A stretch of DNA of 64,000 bases from Hemiscyllium ocellatum. Its lineage: Eukaryota. A program made the translations under genes and the position numbers. Within the stretch, counting starts at the first letter, position 1. Every line of letters starts with the position of its first letter. The notes beneath the pieces are model-generated. The model ran no database searches. It had not been told where the DNA came from and worked only from the letters and a program-made list of their open reading frames with translations. The DNA lies in the NCBI RefSeq assembly GCF_020745735.1, contig NC_083435.1:33541231-33605230 (forward strand), written 5' to 3'. Shown here piece after piece: positions 36,165 through 50,291 of this stretch.

Positions 36165-36645
36165 AAACGCAAAAGGGTTCAGAAAAGATTTACAAGGTTG
36201 TTGCCAGGGTTAGAGGATATGAGCTATAGAGAGAGGTTGAATAGGCTGTGGCTGTTGTCCCTGGTGCATCAGAGGCTGAGGGGTGACCTTACAAATTAAT
36301 AAAATCATGAGGGGCATGGATAGGATAAATAGACAAAGTTTTTTCCCTAGGGTGGGGTAGTCCAGAACGAGAGAACATAGGTTTGGGGTGAGAAGGGAAA
36401 GATATAAAAGGGACGTAAGGGGCAACTTTTTCACGCAGAGGGTGGTGTGTGTATGGAATGAACTGCCAGAGGAAGTGTTGGAGGCTGGTACAATTGCAAC
36501 ATTTAAAAGGCATCTGGGTGGGTATATGACTAGAAAGGGTTTAGAGGGTTATGGGTCAAGTGCTGGCAAATGGGACTAGATTAGGTTGGCATGGACAAGT
36601 TGGACCGAAGGATCTGTTTCCATGCGGTACATCTGTATGACTCAT
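36165..36645 (+). mobile_element. CR1 LINE 3' fragment
   Basis: RERYKRDVRGNFFTQRVVCVWNELPEEVLEAGTIATFKRHL. Confidence 0.9.
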
Positions 36646-37993
36646 ACTGCTACTCCTTGTATATTCCATGTAGTTTGATCCCATTTAAGCTCACAGACAT
36701 AAGCAGTATGTTCTGGTATTATAGGCTAAACAATGAATCCAAGTGTACACAGAGGTCTAGGACCACAACTCATGATGCCATTTACTGAGGCTACATAATC
36801 TGGTTTATAGCATTTAATTATATGGCTTATTCTGTGTACCGCTATGGTTTCTAAAAATGCAGAACTATTTCTTAACATCCTACCATCACCTATGGTGTGG
36901 ATTCAGTTTTTCTTTTTCACCTTGGCATCCATGGCATGCTCCCCACCCTGCACTTAATGATTCTTGTTCTTGTAGGCTTCTTCAGCTTTCTATACTTCAT
37001 TTGGTTAGTGTGAAAGCATTAGACCTTGTTTTAGAAAATTTAACTGCATTCAACAAGAGACCGATCTTCTATCTGTACGGTTCTTCCTACAAGTTTCAGA
37101 CACTTTCACAGTTTATTACCGTCGCTTGGTCTTCGATATTCCAAACTTTTGGTTTAGCTGTGGCTGACTGAAGCTGGCTAAAATGATATATCTTCCGTAT
37201 TTTGGTGGTAGCAGTTGAGCAAGGCTTTGTGAAGATTCCACATATGTCTTTGGGAACTTGGTCCTGTGACTTCAGTTAAGTTTGTTAATTAACAAATATA
37301 TGGGGCCTGCATGGCCCTATCAGGAAATTCTTCATTGTTTTTGAGTGTGCACCCCACGCCCCTCCCACCCCTCCTAAAACAACAACTCGATCAGACCTTG
37401 TTGAACCATGGGCTGAGGAGTGGCAGATGGAGTTTAACTTAGATCAATGTGAGGTGCTGCATTTTAGTTAGGCAAATCAGAGAAGGACTTAACTAGGGAT
37501 AGCCAATAAATGAGAACTTTACAATGTTAGACACATCTTGAGATTTTTAAAAATGTTCTCTCTTTTAATTGTAATGTTAAACTGAGGTTGTATCCATCAT
37601 CAGAGATGGTTATCAAAGGATCCATGATGAGCCTATAGAAAGAGTAGATCATTTTCTCATCATCTCAGTCAAGGTTTAGTTCCAACTAAGATAATCTGAT
37701 TCAAATGGCATTAACTTTAATTTCATTGGCTGTTTTCTGGATCTTGCTATGTACACAACACATCGTATGTAAAGGACTTAAGGATATATTGAGGATGAGA
37801 TAAGGAACTATACATAAATCTAAACTCTTCCTTTAGTTAACTTTCCATCCACTACATAAAAAGTTTAATTTCCAAAGTGAACTGATAATCTCCTAATGAC
37901 TTGGAATTAGTTATACAGTAGTTGCTTATTATATATTTTACATATTGGTTAATTGTTGTGAGAGTTGTTGTTTGTCCTGTCTCTCCCCCACAG

Positions 37994-38275
37994 CTGCCCC
38001 TCAGATTGCTACGTATCCTGAAAAGCCTGTCAAATGGGGACAGCCCAACACATTGATCTGTCTGGCTGATGGATTCTGCCCACCACAAATCACCATGACA
38101 TGGAAGAAGAACAGTGAGCCAGTGACTGATGAAGTCAACATTACGGAATTCTATATGAAACAGGATTATTCCTATCAGAGATTCACATATCTGAGCTTCA
38201 TCCTAAATCCTGGAGATATGTATTCCTGTCATGTGGAACACGACGGGCTGCAGGATCCAACCACTGTATTCTGGG
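37994..38275 (+). CDS. MHC class II alpha chain, exon 3 (alpha2 Ig-C1 domain)
   Basis: cacag|CT...TGG G|gtcagt, 282 nt, phase 1-1. SAPQIATYPEKPVKWGQPNTLICLADGFCPPQITMTWKKNSEPVTDEVNITEFYMKQDYSYQRFTYLSFILNPGDMYSCHVEHDGLQDPTTVFW. Ig cysteines at 38059 and 38227, core Trp, YSCHVEH motif. Confidence 0.97.
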
Positions 38276-39989
38276 GTCAGTATTGATTTCATTGTGTAAG
38301 AGCTGAATTCATTCTAGTGTCTAATAAACTGGGTGTATTACTGAAACTCCCCTGCGTTTTCTTAAAAGGTTTCTTTTTAATCAAAAGAATAGGTAGGATC
38401 CCAAGCAATAAGAAATAATTTGTAATTATTTAGGCTGTTTAGTGTATTATACACCCAGTCTAGATTCCAACAAAAAACTCATAACAATGTAATTAAGTCA
38501 AAGATTAGCCTTTACTGAATGAGAAAAACCAAGTATAATCTTCAGCAACATACTTCCAGTCAGCTGAACTTAACCAGTCTTGATGATGCAAAAAATAGAT
38601 TTAAAACAACACCACACAAACCAAAATCATACCAAATGCAATACTTGTCCATTTACATTTTGAGATTTACTTGTCTTTGTTCTGCACGTTCTACACACTC
38701 TGACTTCTGTAGTTTAGGTTATTTTCACTGATGATTATCTTCAGCAAGATTGAAATCTAGGGTGATTGAGAAAACAGAGCTCCAAGATTTACCTAATGCC
38801 TCGCCTTGTTTCTGAAAAACTGAATTTCACACCAAATCCTGTTTTAAACTTTCAATGTAAAATAGTAAATTGATGATTCTTTGGAATTTTTTAAATGCAT
38901 ATAATCTATTTTGTTTGGTAATTCCCATATTAAATTATGAATTTAAACACTTCTTTGTCACTAATGTCTATGTTCATTGTCTGTCCCTCTTCCTTTCATT
39001 CTTTCTTCTTGCTTAATTTGTCTTTAATTTAATTTGCCGCTGTTTCTTCTCTTTCTTTCTCTCAACACTGAGAGTTTGGAGATTCTGAAGAATTTGTCCA
39101 TTGATTACAATTGTCCTTTCTCGTCCATCTTATACTCCTTATTTTCCTTCTTAGCCAAGTTCTGAGTACTCTCATAAGGAAACAGGTGATTGGTTGGTTA
39201 GTATTTTTCTCCTTTAACTTCTAGAAACTCAAAACTGATTAATAATTGTAAAGCTTTATTAGAAGTAGTACGATAATACTCGCAAAATAAATATTAGTGT
39301 GACAGTAGCATTTATAATTATGAACAAGGAAGATATTAATTATCATCTACTAGGAGATGATGTGTTGAGATCTTAGTAGTTGGGAGCTTGTTCAATTTGT
39401 GTCTGTAGCTAGGAAAGTTTGGACTCCGAGTTAATAAGCTGCAGTCAAGTTATAGAGAACGTGAAGCATCATAGAAGGAGAAAGTTGCCTGGAGACTTTA
39501 ATAAAGAAAGCAGTCACACCTTGTTTTTATTCATTCATGGGACGTAGGACCATGTGAGTGAGACCAACAATTGTTGACCATCTGTTATTATCTTTGAATT
39601 GGCTTGCTTGGCCATTTTAGAGGGGAATTAAGTGTTAATGACTTTGCCATGTGTCTGATTTCATATGTATTCAAAGGACAGACCAGGTAAAAACAGCAAA
39701 TTTCCTTCCTTAAAGGAGGTTAGTGAACAAGGTAGGTTTTTACAAAAATCTACATCACAATCATTACTGAGACTAGCTTTTAATTTCTGATTTTTAAATT
39801 AAATTTAAATTCCATTAGTAATTTATTCTATTTGAAGCAGTGTCCCTCGCCTGTTAGTCTTGGTTTCTGGATTATGAGTCCAGTGACATTGCCATAACAG
39901 CAGCAGTGTCAGCAGAGTTTGACTGAGACTATGGCAGGTAAGTGGATTGACAAGGTTGCAGACCTTCAAGTCCCTGCTGTTATAGAGTC

Positions 39990-40730
39990 TTGGAATTATA
40001 GAGATGTACAGCATGGAAACAGACTTTCGATCCAACTTGTCCATGCCAACCAGGATTCCTAAACTGAACTAGTCCCATTTGTCTGCATTTGGTCTATATC
40101 CTTCTCAACCTTTCCTATTTGCAAATCTGTCCAAATGTCTTTGAAATGTTGTAATTGCACTTGCCTTTATCATTTCCTCTGGCAGCTTGTTCCATATTTA
40201 CATCACCCACTGTGTGAAAAAATTGCCCCTCAGTTCCCGTGTAGATATTTTTTGTCTCACCTGAACCTATGCCCTCTAGTTTTGGACTCCCCCGCCCCAA
40301 GAAAAAACCTTGTCTTTACCTTACCCAGGCCCCTCATGATCTTACAAACTTCTATAAGGTCACTCCTCAGTCTCTAACGCTCCAAAGAAAGAAGTCCGAG
40401 CCAATCTAGCCTCTCCTTATAATTCAAACCCTCCAGTTCCGGAAACATCTTTGTAAATCTTTCTGCACCCTTTCCAATTTAATGACATACTTCCTATAGC
40501 AGGGTGACAAGAATTGTATACTGTACTCAAAATGCAGCTTCACCAATGTCTTTTACAGCAGTAATATGATGTCTCAGCTCCTGCACTCGATGCACTGACT
40601 GATGAAGGCAAGTGTGCCAAACAACTTGATACATGCCTCAATCATTTTCTTTACCAGAACCTCAGTATCTCTAGTAATCCAGTGTGCTCCCACTTTCAAG
40701 GAAAAATGTACCAACACCTCAAGGTCATAA
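39990..40730 (-). mobile_element. CR1 LINE 3' fragment in MHC intron 3
   Basis: CR1 tail and RT C-terminus on the minus strand, adjacent to the larger element. Confidence 0.85.
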
Positions 40731-40734
40731 AGTC

Positions 40735-43700
40735 AGAGACTCATAGACATGTACAGCATGGAAACAGACCCTTCGGTCCAACCCGTCCATGCCGACCAGA
40801 CATCCCAATCTAGTCCCACCTGCCAGCACCCGGCCCATATCCCTCTAAACCCTTCTTATTCATATACCCATCTAAATGCCTCTTAAAAGTTACAATTGTA
40901 CCAGCCTCCACCACTTCCTCTGGCAGCTCATTCCATACACATACCACCCTCTGTGTGTGAAGAAGTTGCCCCATAGGTCTCTTTTATATCTTTCCCTTCT
41001 CACCCTAAACCTATGCCCTCTAGTTCTGGACTCCCCGACCCCAGGGAAAAGACTTTGTCTATTTATTCTATCCATGCCCCTCATAATTTTGAAAACCTCC
41101 ATAAGGTCACCCCTCAGCCTCCGACAGTCCAGGGAAAACAGTCCCAGCCTGTTCAGCCTCTCCCTATAGCTCAAATTCTCCAACCTTAGCAACATCCTTG
41201 TAAATCTTTTCTGAACCCTTTCAAGTTTCACAACGTAATTCCAATAGGAAGGAGACCAGAATTACATGCAATATTCCAACAGTGGCCTGACCAATGTCCT
41301 GTACAGCTGCAACATGACCTCCCAACTCCTGTACTCCATATTCTGACCAATAAAGGAAAGCATACCAAACGCCTTCTTCACTATCCTATCTACCTGCGAC
41401 TCCACTTTCAAGGAGCTTTGAACCTGCACTCCAAGGTCTCTTTCTTCAGCAACATTCCTGAGGACCTTACTATAGGGTGTATAAGTCCTGCTAAGATTTG
41501 CTTTCCCGAAATACAGCACCTCGCATTTATCTGAATTAAACTCCATCTGTCACTTCTCAGCCCATTGGCCCATCTGGTCCAGATCCCGTTGTAATCAGAG
41601 GTAATCCTCTTTGCTGTCCACTACACCTACAATTTTGGTGTCATCTGCAAACTTACTAACTGTACCTCTTATGCTCGCATCCAAATCATTTATGGAAATG
41701 ACAAAAAGTAGAGGACCCAGCACTGATCCTTGTGTCAACCCAATGGTCACAGGCCTCCAGTCTGAAAAATAACCCTCCACCACCACCCTCTGTCTTCTAC
41801 CTTTCAGCCAGTTCTGTATCCAAATGGCTCATTCTACCTGTATTCCATGAGATCTAACCTTGCTAATCAGTCGCCCATGGGGAACCTTCTTGAACACCTT
41901 ACTGAAGTCCATATAGATCACATCTACTGCTCTGCCCTCATCAATCTTCTTTATTACTTCTTCAAAAAACTCAATCAAGTTTGTGAGACATGATTTCCCA
42001 TGCACAAAGGCATGTTGACTGTCCCGAATCAGTCCTTGCCTTTCCAAATACATGTACATCCTGTCCCTCAGGATTCCCTCCAACAACTTGCCCATCACTG
42101 AGGTCAGGCTCACCAGTCTATAGTTTCCTGGCTTGTCTTTACTGCCCTTCTTGAAGAGTGGCACCACGTTTGCCAATCTCCAGTCTTCCGGCACCTCACC
42201 TGTGACTATCGATGATGCAAATATCTCAGCAAGAGGCCCAGCAATCACTTCTCTAGCTTCACACACAGTTCTCGGGTACAGGTCCTGGGGATTTATCCAC
42301 CTTTTAACCGTTTCAAGACATCCAGCACTTCCTCCTCTGTAATCTGGACATTTTGCAAGATGTCATCTTCCATATCCTTTTCCACAGTAAATACTGATGC
42401 AAAATATTTATTTAGTATCTCCCCCATTTTCTGTGCTCCACACAAAGGCCGCCTTGCTGAGCTTTGAGGGGCCTTATTCTCTCCTTAGTAACCTTTAAAT
42501 ATTTGTAAAAACTCTTTGGATTCTCTTTAATTTTATTTGCCAAAGCTATTTCATGCCCTCTTTTTGCCCTCCTGATTTCCCTTTTAGGAATACTCCTACT
42601 TGTTTTTTACTCTTCTAAGGATTCACTCGATCTATCCTGTCTATACCTAACGTATGCTTCCTTCTTTTTCTTAACCAAATCCTCAATTTCTTTAGTCATC
42701 CAGCATTCCCTATACCTACCAGCCTTCCTTTCACCCTGACAGGAATATGCTTTCTCTGGATTCTTGTTATCTATTTTAGAAGGCTTTCCATTTTCCAGCT
42801 GTCCCTTTACCTGCGAACATCTGCCTCCAATCAGCTTTCGAAAGTTCTTGCCAATTACTGTCAAAATTGGCCTTTCTCCAATTTATAACTTCAACTTTTA
42901 TATCTGGTCGATCCTTTTCCATCACTATTTTAAAACGAATAGAATTATGGTCGCTGGCCCCAAAGTGCTCCCCCGCTGACACCTCAGTCACCTGCCCTGC
43001 CTTATTTCTCAAGAGTAGGTCAAGTTTTGCACCTTCTCTAGTAGGTACATCCACAGAATGAATCAGAAAATTGTCTTGTACGCACTTAAGAAATTCCTCT
43101 GCATCTAAACCTTTAACACTATGGCAGTCCCATTCGATGTTTGGAAAGTTAAAATCCCCTGCCATAATGATCCTATTATTCTTACAGATAACTGAGATTT
43201 CCTGACAAGTTTGTTTCTCAATTTCCCTTTGACTATAAGGGGGTCTATACTACAATCCCAATAAGGTGATCGTCCCTTTCTTATTTCTCAGTTCCGTCCA
43301 AATAACGTCCCTGGATGTATTTCCGGGAATATCCTCCCTCAGCACAGCTGTAATGCTATCCCTTATCACAAATGCCACTCCCCCTCCTCTCTTGCCTCCC
43401 TTTCTATCCTTCCTGTAGCATTTGTATCCTGGAACATTAAGCTGCCAATCCTGCCCATCCCTGAGCCATGTTTATGTAATTGCTATGATATCCCAGTCCC
43501 ATGTTCCTAACCATGCTCTGAGTTCATCTGCCTTCCCTGTTAGGCCCCTTGCAATGAAATAAATGCAGTTTAATTTATTAGTCCTACCTTGTCCCTGACT
43601 GATTGACTCACTTCTGTTCCCAACTGTACCAGTCTCAGATTGATCTCTTTCCCCACTATCTCCCTGGATTACACCCCACCTCCACCCCCCCCCCCAACCT

Positions 43701-45245
43701 TACTAGTTTTAACCCTCCCACACAATTGTAGCAAATTTCCCTGCTAGCATATTAGTCCCCTTCCAAATTAAATGCAATCCGTCCTTCTTGTACAGGTCAC
43801 TTCTACCCCAAAAGAGATTCCAATGATCCAAAAATGTGAATCCTTCTCCCATACACCAGCTCCTCAGCCATGCATTCATCTGCTCTATCCTTCTATTCCT
43901 GCCCTCACTAACTCGTAGCACTGGGAGTATATTATTACCCTTAAGGACCTCATTTTAAATTTCTGCCTAACTCTCTGTAATCCCCTTCAGAATCTCAACG
44001 TTTTCCCTTCCTATGTCATTGGTTCCAATATGGACAATGACCCCCTGCTGGCCCCTCTCCCCCATGAGAACATTCTGCAGCCTCTCTGAGACATCCTTGA
44101 TCCTGGCACCAGGGAAACAACACACAATTCTGCTTTTTCTCTGCTGGTCACAGAAACGTCTGTCTGTACCTCGGACTACAGAATCTCCTGACACAATTGA
44201 TCTCTTGGAAGCCGACGTGGTCCTTGTTGCATTAGATCCAGTCTCAATACCAGAAACTCGGCTGTTCATGCTACGTTCCCCTGAGAATCCATCACCCCCT
44301 ACATTTTCCAAAACAGCATACCTGTTTGAAATGGATATATCCACAAAAGATTCCTGCCCTAGGTGCCTACCTCTCTTACCCTTCCTGGAGTTAGCCCATC
44401 TGTGTGACTGTATCTGAGACTTTCCCCCCTTCCTATAACTGTCATCCATTACATACTGTTGCTGTTGCAATTTCCTCATCACTTCTATCTGTCTCCCCAA
44501 CCGATCCAGTCGATCTGATAAGATTTGCATCCAAAAGCATTTATGGCAGATATAATCCCTAGTAACCCTGAAAGTTTCTTTAAACTCCCACATCTGACAA
44601 GAAGTACATATCACTACAAAGGCCATTTTTGCTCCTTCACAATCTATAGATCCAGAAAATAACACCGACTTCATCCTCTCCAAAACACTGCACCAGGGTA
44701 AATTAATAGCTATGGCTTATATTTTAAGTTTAATCAAGAGACTTAGCTCCAAAAACATTTAATCAAGAAAGAATCCACTGTACTCACTAATGCAGCCTTT
44801 CTCTTGAACAGATTTAAAACAACAATTAACTTATCTGATTCTGTGTTGTGAACTTCGCCCAAACCGGTTCCTCCAAGATAAGTTGTGAAATTCACTGTTT
44901 GTTAATTTTTCCAGATGCACTTCAATGTCCAGTGACACATGAATTCAAAAACAGCAAAGGCATTAACTGTGCAGGTTCTCTCTCTCTCTCTCTCTCTCTC
45001 CTGCACAGTCATCACCATGTGCTTCCTTTGTCTGTTCTTCTCCCTTTTAAAACTGCTGTTGCTTTGACTTTTTTTTTCCAAATTTCCAAAACAATGCAAC
45101 AGCATATAAAACAGAAATTGCTGCTCCTGGAATTTGAGGAAATCACCTCCAACACCTGAAATACCTCAAAAAAACGGAGCAGCTCTTACAGCCGGACACT
45201 TTTCCTGTCTTCCATCTTGGAATACCCAGAATCCTTCCACAACAG
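40735..45245 (-). mobile_element. Near full-length CR1 LINE (5' UTR, esterase-type ORF1, APE-RT ORF2, 3' tail), frameshifted with internal deletions
   Basis: ORF1 CTSCQMWEF..CHKC zinc-finger-like and SGDSVVRGTDRRFC...CCFPGARIKDV...HIGTNDI (SGNH esterase-like); endonuclease GDFNFPNIEW, GASDHNSI; RT KPGNYRLVSLTS, QHAFVHGKSCLTNL, QGSVLGPLLF, KFADDTK. Confidence 0.93.
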
Positions 45246-45600
45246 TCCCCAGATCCCTCCAGTTAATTTTATAAGTCCCGCCTGATTTATCTTACCAAAA
45301 TGAAACTTATAGCATTCTTCTAAATTGAACTCCATCTGCCATTCCTTGGCTCAGTTGATCAAGATCCAGTTGTAATCTTAGATAACATTCTTCATTGTCC
45401 ATCGCAACACCATTTTTGGTATCATCGCAGACTTACTAACCATGCTTCCTACATTCTCATCCAAATCATTTATATAAATAACAAACAAGAATTGACCCCG
45501 CACCAAACCTTGTGGCACACTACTGGTCACAGGCCTCCAGTCTAAATAACTCCCTCTGTTTCGGACGATCAAGCCAATTTTTTAATCCAATTGACTAGCT
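45245..45600 (-). mobile_element. CR1 RT fragment
   Basis: DWRPVTSSVPQGLVRGQFLFVIYINDLDENVGSMVSKSA. Confidence 0.8.
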
Positions 45601-45985
45601 CTCCCTGCATCCCACTGCAGCGTGCTGAGGACAGATATGTCGGCATGCGAGCAGGACACTGGGTGAAAATTCCCAGTTGTGGGAAGGTCAGAGTCCTACT
45701 TGTGCACAGACTGGAGGTGTTCCACAATGCAGCCACCCAGTCTGCATTTGGTCTCTCCAATGTAGAGTAGGCCGCATTGGGTGCAGCGAATACCAGACAC
45801 AAGGAAGAGGTACAGGTGAAATGCTGCTTCACCTGTAAAAACTGTTTAGGCCCTTGGATGGTGAACAGGGAGGAGGGGAAGGGGCAGGTGTTGCACCTTC
45901 TGCGGTTACATCGGAGGGCGGTGGTGGTGATGCAGGTTGTAGAATGGATTGGGGTATCCTGGAGGGAATGATCCCTGTGAAATCT
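45600..45985 (-). mobile_element. Penelope GIY-YIG fragment
   Basis: CNRRRCNTCPFPSSLFTIQGPKQFLQVKQHFTCTSS. Confidence 0.75.
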
Positions 45986-46099
45986 GCAGGCATTAAATAC
46001 ATTCAATATTGTAGCCTCCAAGTTCACAGCAAAAGATGTGAGACCAGACCCAGAGTAGAACACCATCCAACCAGACGATGAAAAGGCTTTCAACATTCT

Positions 46100-47500
46100 G
46101 AGTGAAACACACGATGTTCACCAGCTGGAAGTTAACCAACATAATTTGCACAAAGAAAACTGGCAAACACACTTTCAACCAAAGACTGACATCAATTGGA
46201 CCTAGTGAAGGACATTTACCAAGGCCATCAAAACACTACCATACTACTGAAAGCCGCTACATTAACTGCACACGATGGATTTCCCATCTCTTTCATTGCC
46301 ACATTAACAATGTAATGTAGCTACTGTAATTAAACATGGAAACCTCAAATATTTTACCTGATGAACACAAACTGACCAGCACTGGTAGAACTACAGTGTC
46401 TACAGCTCTCTAAACTGCAACTTCTCACAGATCACTAAGCTACCCATGGTAGCAGAAAAGACCGAGAATATTCTCATTGGCTCAGTCCAGGATTTACAAG
46501 AATTGTACAATACGTTTAATGTTATAGGTGGTTTCAACAGTGACACTATATTGCACCTCAGAGAGCATAAAAATCCATCAACTGACCATCGCAGATAGTG
46601 TGGGGTTCACATACAGGAAAAGCTTAAATATAAGTGCAAGGACTTGAATACAATGGCACCAACCATCATGTGCATCCACACAAAAAAACCCTTTGATTCT
46701 GTAAGCAGATTGCCAAACCCGAACATGGACGTCAGCGTTCCACTTGATCTAAACATTGACAGCATGAATATTCAGGAGGAAGATCTTCTCAAAGTCAATC
46801 TATATTGCATTTTGTTCAACAATGTCATTTCAAAACAGCTAACAACCCATAACTGAAGGCACAGAGTTATCATTATCAATGTTATCACTGAAAGGTGGCC
46901 TACCATCGTTAGAGATTCCAAACACTCTCAGATAATTCTGGCCTTTACAGAAATGAGCTCAGTATCTTAAAGGGCATCATTTTCAAAGATAAACAACTAC
47001 TCATGTCCAAAACTCTCTGTCAAGGAATATTGTTACAACTACACCATGGACCGTATGGGCCTACAGCAGATGTGATGCCTGTCATGTGATTTAGTTTATC
47101 AGCGAGTAATTAACAGTGGCATCAAAAAGTAGGTGAGGCTGTGGGAGGTATGTCAGCACCACCAGCCACAGCAACGTAGAGAACATTAACATCCATATGA
47201 GATTCCAGCAGTGCTTTAGTCCAAAATAGGCATTGATCCAGTTATCACCATTGGAAATGGCTTCATCTTTGTCACAGATGTATTTCTCCAAATGTCAGAC
47301 AGGTAAGACATTGAAGGTGCAGTGGCAAATGATTTTAGGGAGATACTTAATGGCTCAGATAGTCCAGCAACTAGACAGATGTACCTGCAATGCAGACTGG
47401 AGTCCTGCATCAGGAAACCTCAGCACAGGGAAATTGGCCTGAAATTTGATGTTTCTGATCGGCAATTCCACTGCAGCTCGAACTGTCCAAAAACTTCCAT
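46100..47500 (+). mobile_element. Decayed Gypsy-like pol/integrase remnant
   Basis: ggtggcct (GWP-like) at ~46894, YRNELSILKGIIFK from 46946 and LLQLHHG near 47030 resemble the Gypsy pre-integrase zinc-binding region (DELSV.DG.ILKG...L..LH.GH.G). Confidence 0.5.
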
Positions 47501-48789
47501 AAAAACTGAGTTTGGAGGGTCCTGACGCATTTAAATTTATAGCCACCGAGGAAAGGTTAGAGGATTAAAAACTTCCCCCAACACCAATGTAAATAGTAAC
47601 CTGAACCCCAGATTCACCAGTGACTCTCATCTACACCACCGATCATCAGTATTTAATACTACTTAGGGACTCAGGTACAGAAATCATGAAAATGTCCTGA
47701 GCAAGTCCAGAAAATAATCAAAATCCTCAGAGATTTCAAGGAAAAGAATACAAGGAGGGAGAAGTTATGTTTCAGTAATGCAAAGGCCTGGTTTGACCAA
47801 ACCAGGCCTTTGTATAACTGAAACATAAGTTCTGGACACCTTTCCATAGGTGCAGTGTAATTAACCTGACTGATCCCCAGACTGAAAGAGTTATGTTATG
47901 AGGAGAGATTAAGCAAACAAGGGCTATATTCTCTGGATTTCAGGTTTCCCTAATTTCTCAGCTCACTCCCTTACTGATTATTTAACATTGATGATGCCTC
48001 AGAGGTCATGTCTATCTCACCAAGCAAGGGGAAAAATCTGCAATGAATATTCTTCATAATTTCAAAATATTAAATTCAAATTTCATTTGATCCCACCCTG
48101 CTCCAAAAGAAACAATTTTAGTGGCTTTGGGAGGAGAGTTACTGAAATCAAAGCATGTGCAACTTCAATTGCACTGGAACAGAAGGTAAAGAGACACACA
48201 ATATTGAAGAGTTTTGATAGACTGGAGCGGTAGGAACTGCTTCCACTGGTAAGAGGGTGGATAAGCAGAGGGCACAGATAGAAGATAATTAGTGAAAGAA
48301 CCAGGGAGGATCTGGAAGTTTATTCATTGCTTCTTGTTGTGAACAATTACTGAGAGCAGAGGAGATTGGATACTGTTTGAAGGAAAAATAATGGTCTGGA
48401 TTTACCAAGGAGAGCCAATCCCATTCAGGTCGCCACTCCAGTCTGTTATATGAAGGAAGGCATCTCCATATTTCTGAGATTTTAATCAGGGCTCTGTCAG
48501 AACTGCCAACTATGAAGAGGGGATACAATCAGCTGCCACATTCTGATATATAAAGGTGTCATCTAAACACATAATGTAAGTTTAATGTTAGGTGCTGGGA
48601 GGGTAAGTGCTAGCTGGTAGGGGGCCAAGGCTTAATGGTATGTCGTGTGTTAGCTGGGTTGGGATGGTGATGGGTGCCACGTGGGTGAAGATGACAGGAG
48701 CCCAGGTAAATGCTACAGTGTTTAGGGTAGGTTGAGTTGGGAGGAAGAGATTTGGTCCAGTGGGAAGGGTGGTTGTCACAGCTGGTTTC

Positions 48790-48853
48790 TCTCATGCACA
48801 TTAACAAACACACATACACACACATGCCTACACATAAAGGTAGACACACAAAT

Positions 48854-48884
<31 letters not shown>

Positions 48885-49356
48885 CACACACATGCACACA
48901 CATACACAAACATGTATACACGCAGAGATATGTACACATGCATACAAGCACATATGTACATACACATGTACATACATGGACACTCAAGCACACGTACACA
49001 CACAAACACTCATTGGTACATAAAAACATACATATGTGCATGCAAACACTCGTAAATGCACACAGACATGGAGACACACACACATACAAACACTAGTACT
49101 TGCACATAAACATATGCACACACACAGAAATATATGCACATGGGCACACAAACACACGACACACACATAGACACAAACATATGTACAAATGCATGCATCC
49201 ATCCACACACGTACACACACACACATAAATATGTATGCACAAACATACGTACAAACAAACACATGTACATGCATACACACACACGTACATACAGAACACA
49301 CACAAAACACACATACAGAACACATACACATGCAAAGTACAGACACACAACACACT

Positions 49357-49403
<47 letters not shown>

Positions 49404-49669
49404 AACACTAGTACTTGCACACAAACATATGCACACACACAGAAATATATGCACATGGGCACACAAACACATGACACACACATAGACACAAACATATGTA
49501 CAAATGCACGCATTCATCCACACATGTACACACACATACATAAATATGTATGCACAAACATACGTACAAACAAACACATGTACATGCATACACACACGTA
49601 CATACAGAACACACACAAAACACACATACAGAACACATACACATGCAAAGTACAGACACACAACACACT

Positions 49670-49731
<62 letters not shown>

Positions 49732-49745
49732 ACAATGCATGCACA
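48790..49745. repeat. CA-rich compound VNTR containing a two-copy ~315-bp tandem duplication
   Basis: tacaaacactagtacttgcac starts at 49085 and again at 49400; each unit ends cactcccccgac(ac)n. Confidence 0.95.
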
Positions 49746-50291
49746 CACATTGAATTTTCCACAAGGTAATCTTCCAACAATTCCTTCAGAGTTTGCTACA
49801 ATGGAATTTCTACAAGCTCCCATGTGCACAATTCCCTGCTTCACTGGAATAACACCGTCTAGTCAGTGGGAGTTCCAGGCCAGCGTTGGACTATGAATAA
49901 AGAGATGATTGAGACTAACTGGGTAACTCTTTCAAAGATCCAGCAATGGGACACTGAGCCAAACAGCTGTCATTTCAGTCATGCTTTTGTGAGCATCTCT
50001 GCTCATAACTAGTTTCCTATTCCTGGTACTTCCTGATTAGTCTATGTTACTCTTTCTGTAGGGGAAAATCTTTCCTTTACAAATAGCATTGCCATCAGTA
50101 ATTCCTAGCCTTTGGAACCTTGTGTATGTGAATAACATAATTACAGCATGATGGATATTTCTGGCCAGTGGGCATTTAAATTGTTGATGCACAGCAGCAT
50201 GGGTAAGACCCTCCAACAGTCTTTCCACTCTGTTGACATCTTGAGTTTCACTATGAGACACTCATTCTTTCCCTGCCTCTCTCGAACGTAG

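Noticed and set aside
48610-49896. Many long His/Thr- or Cys/Val-rich ORFs
   Set aside because: Artefacts of translating (CA)n/(TG)n low-complexity sequence.
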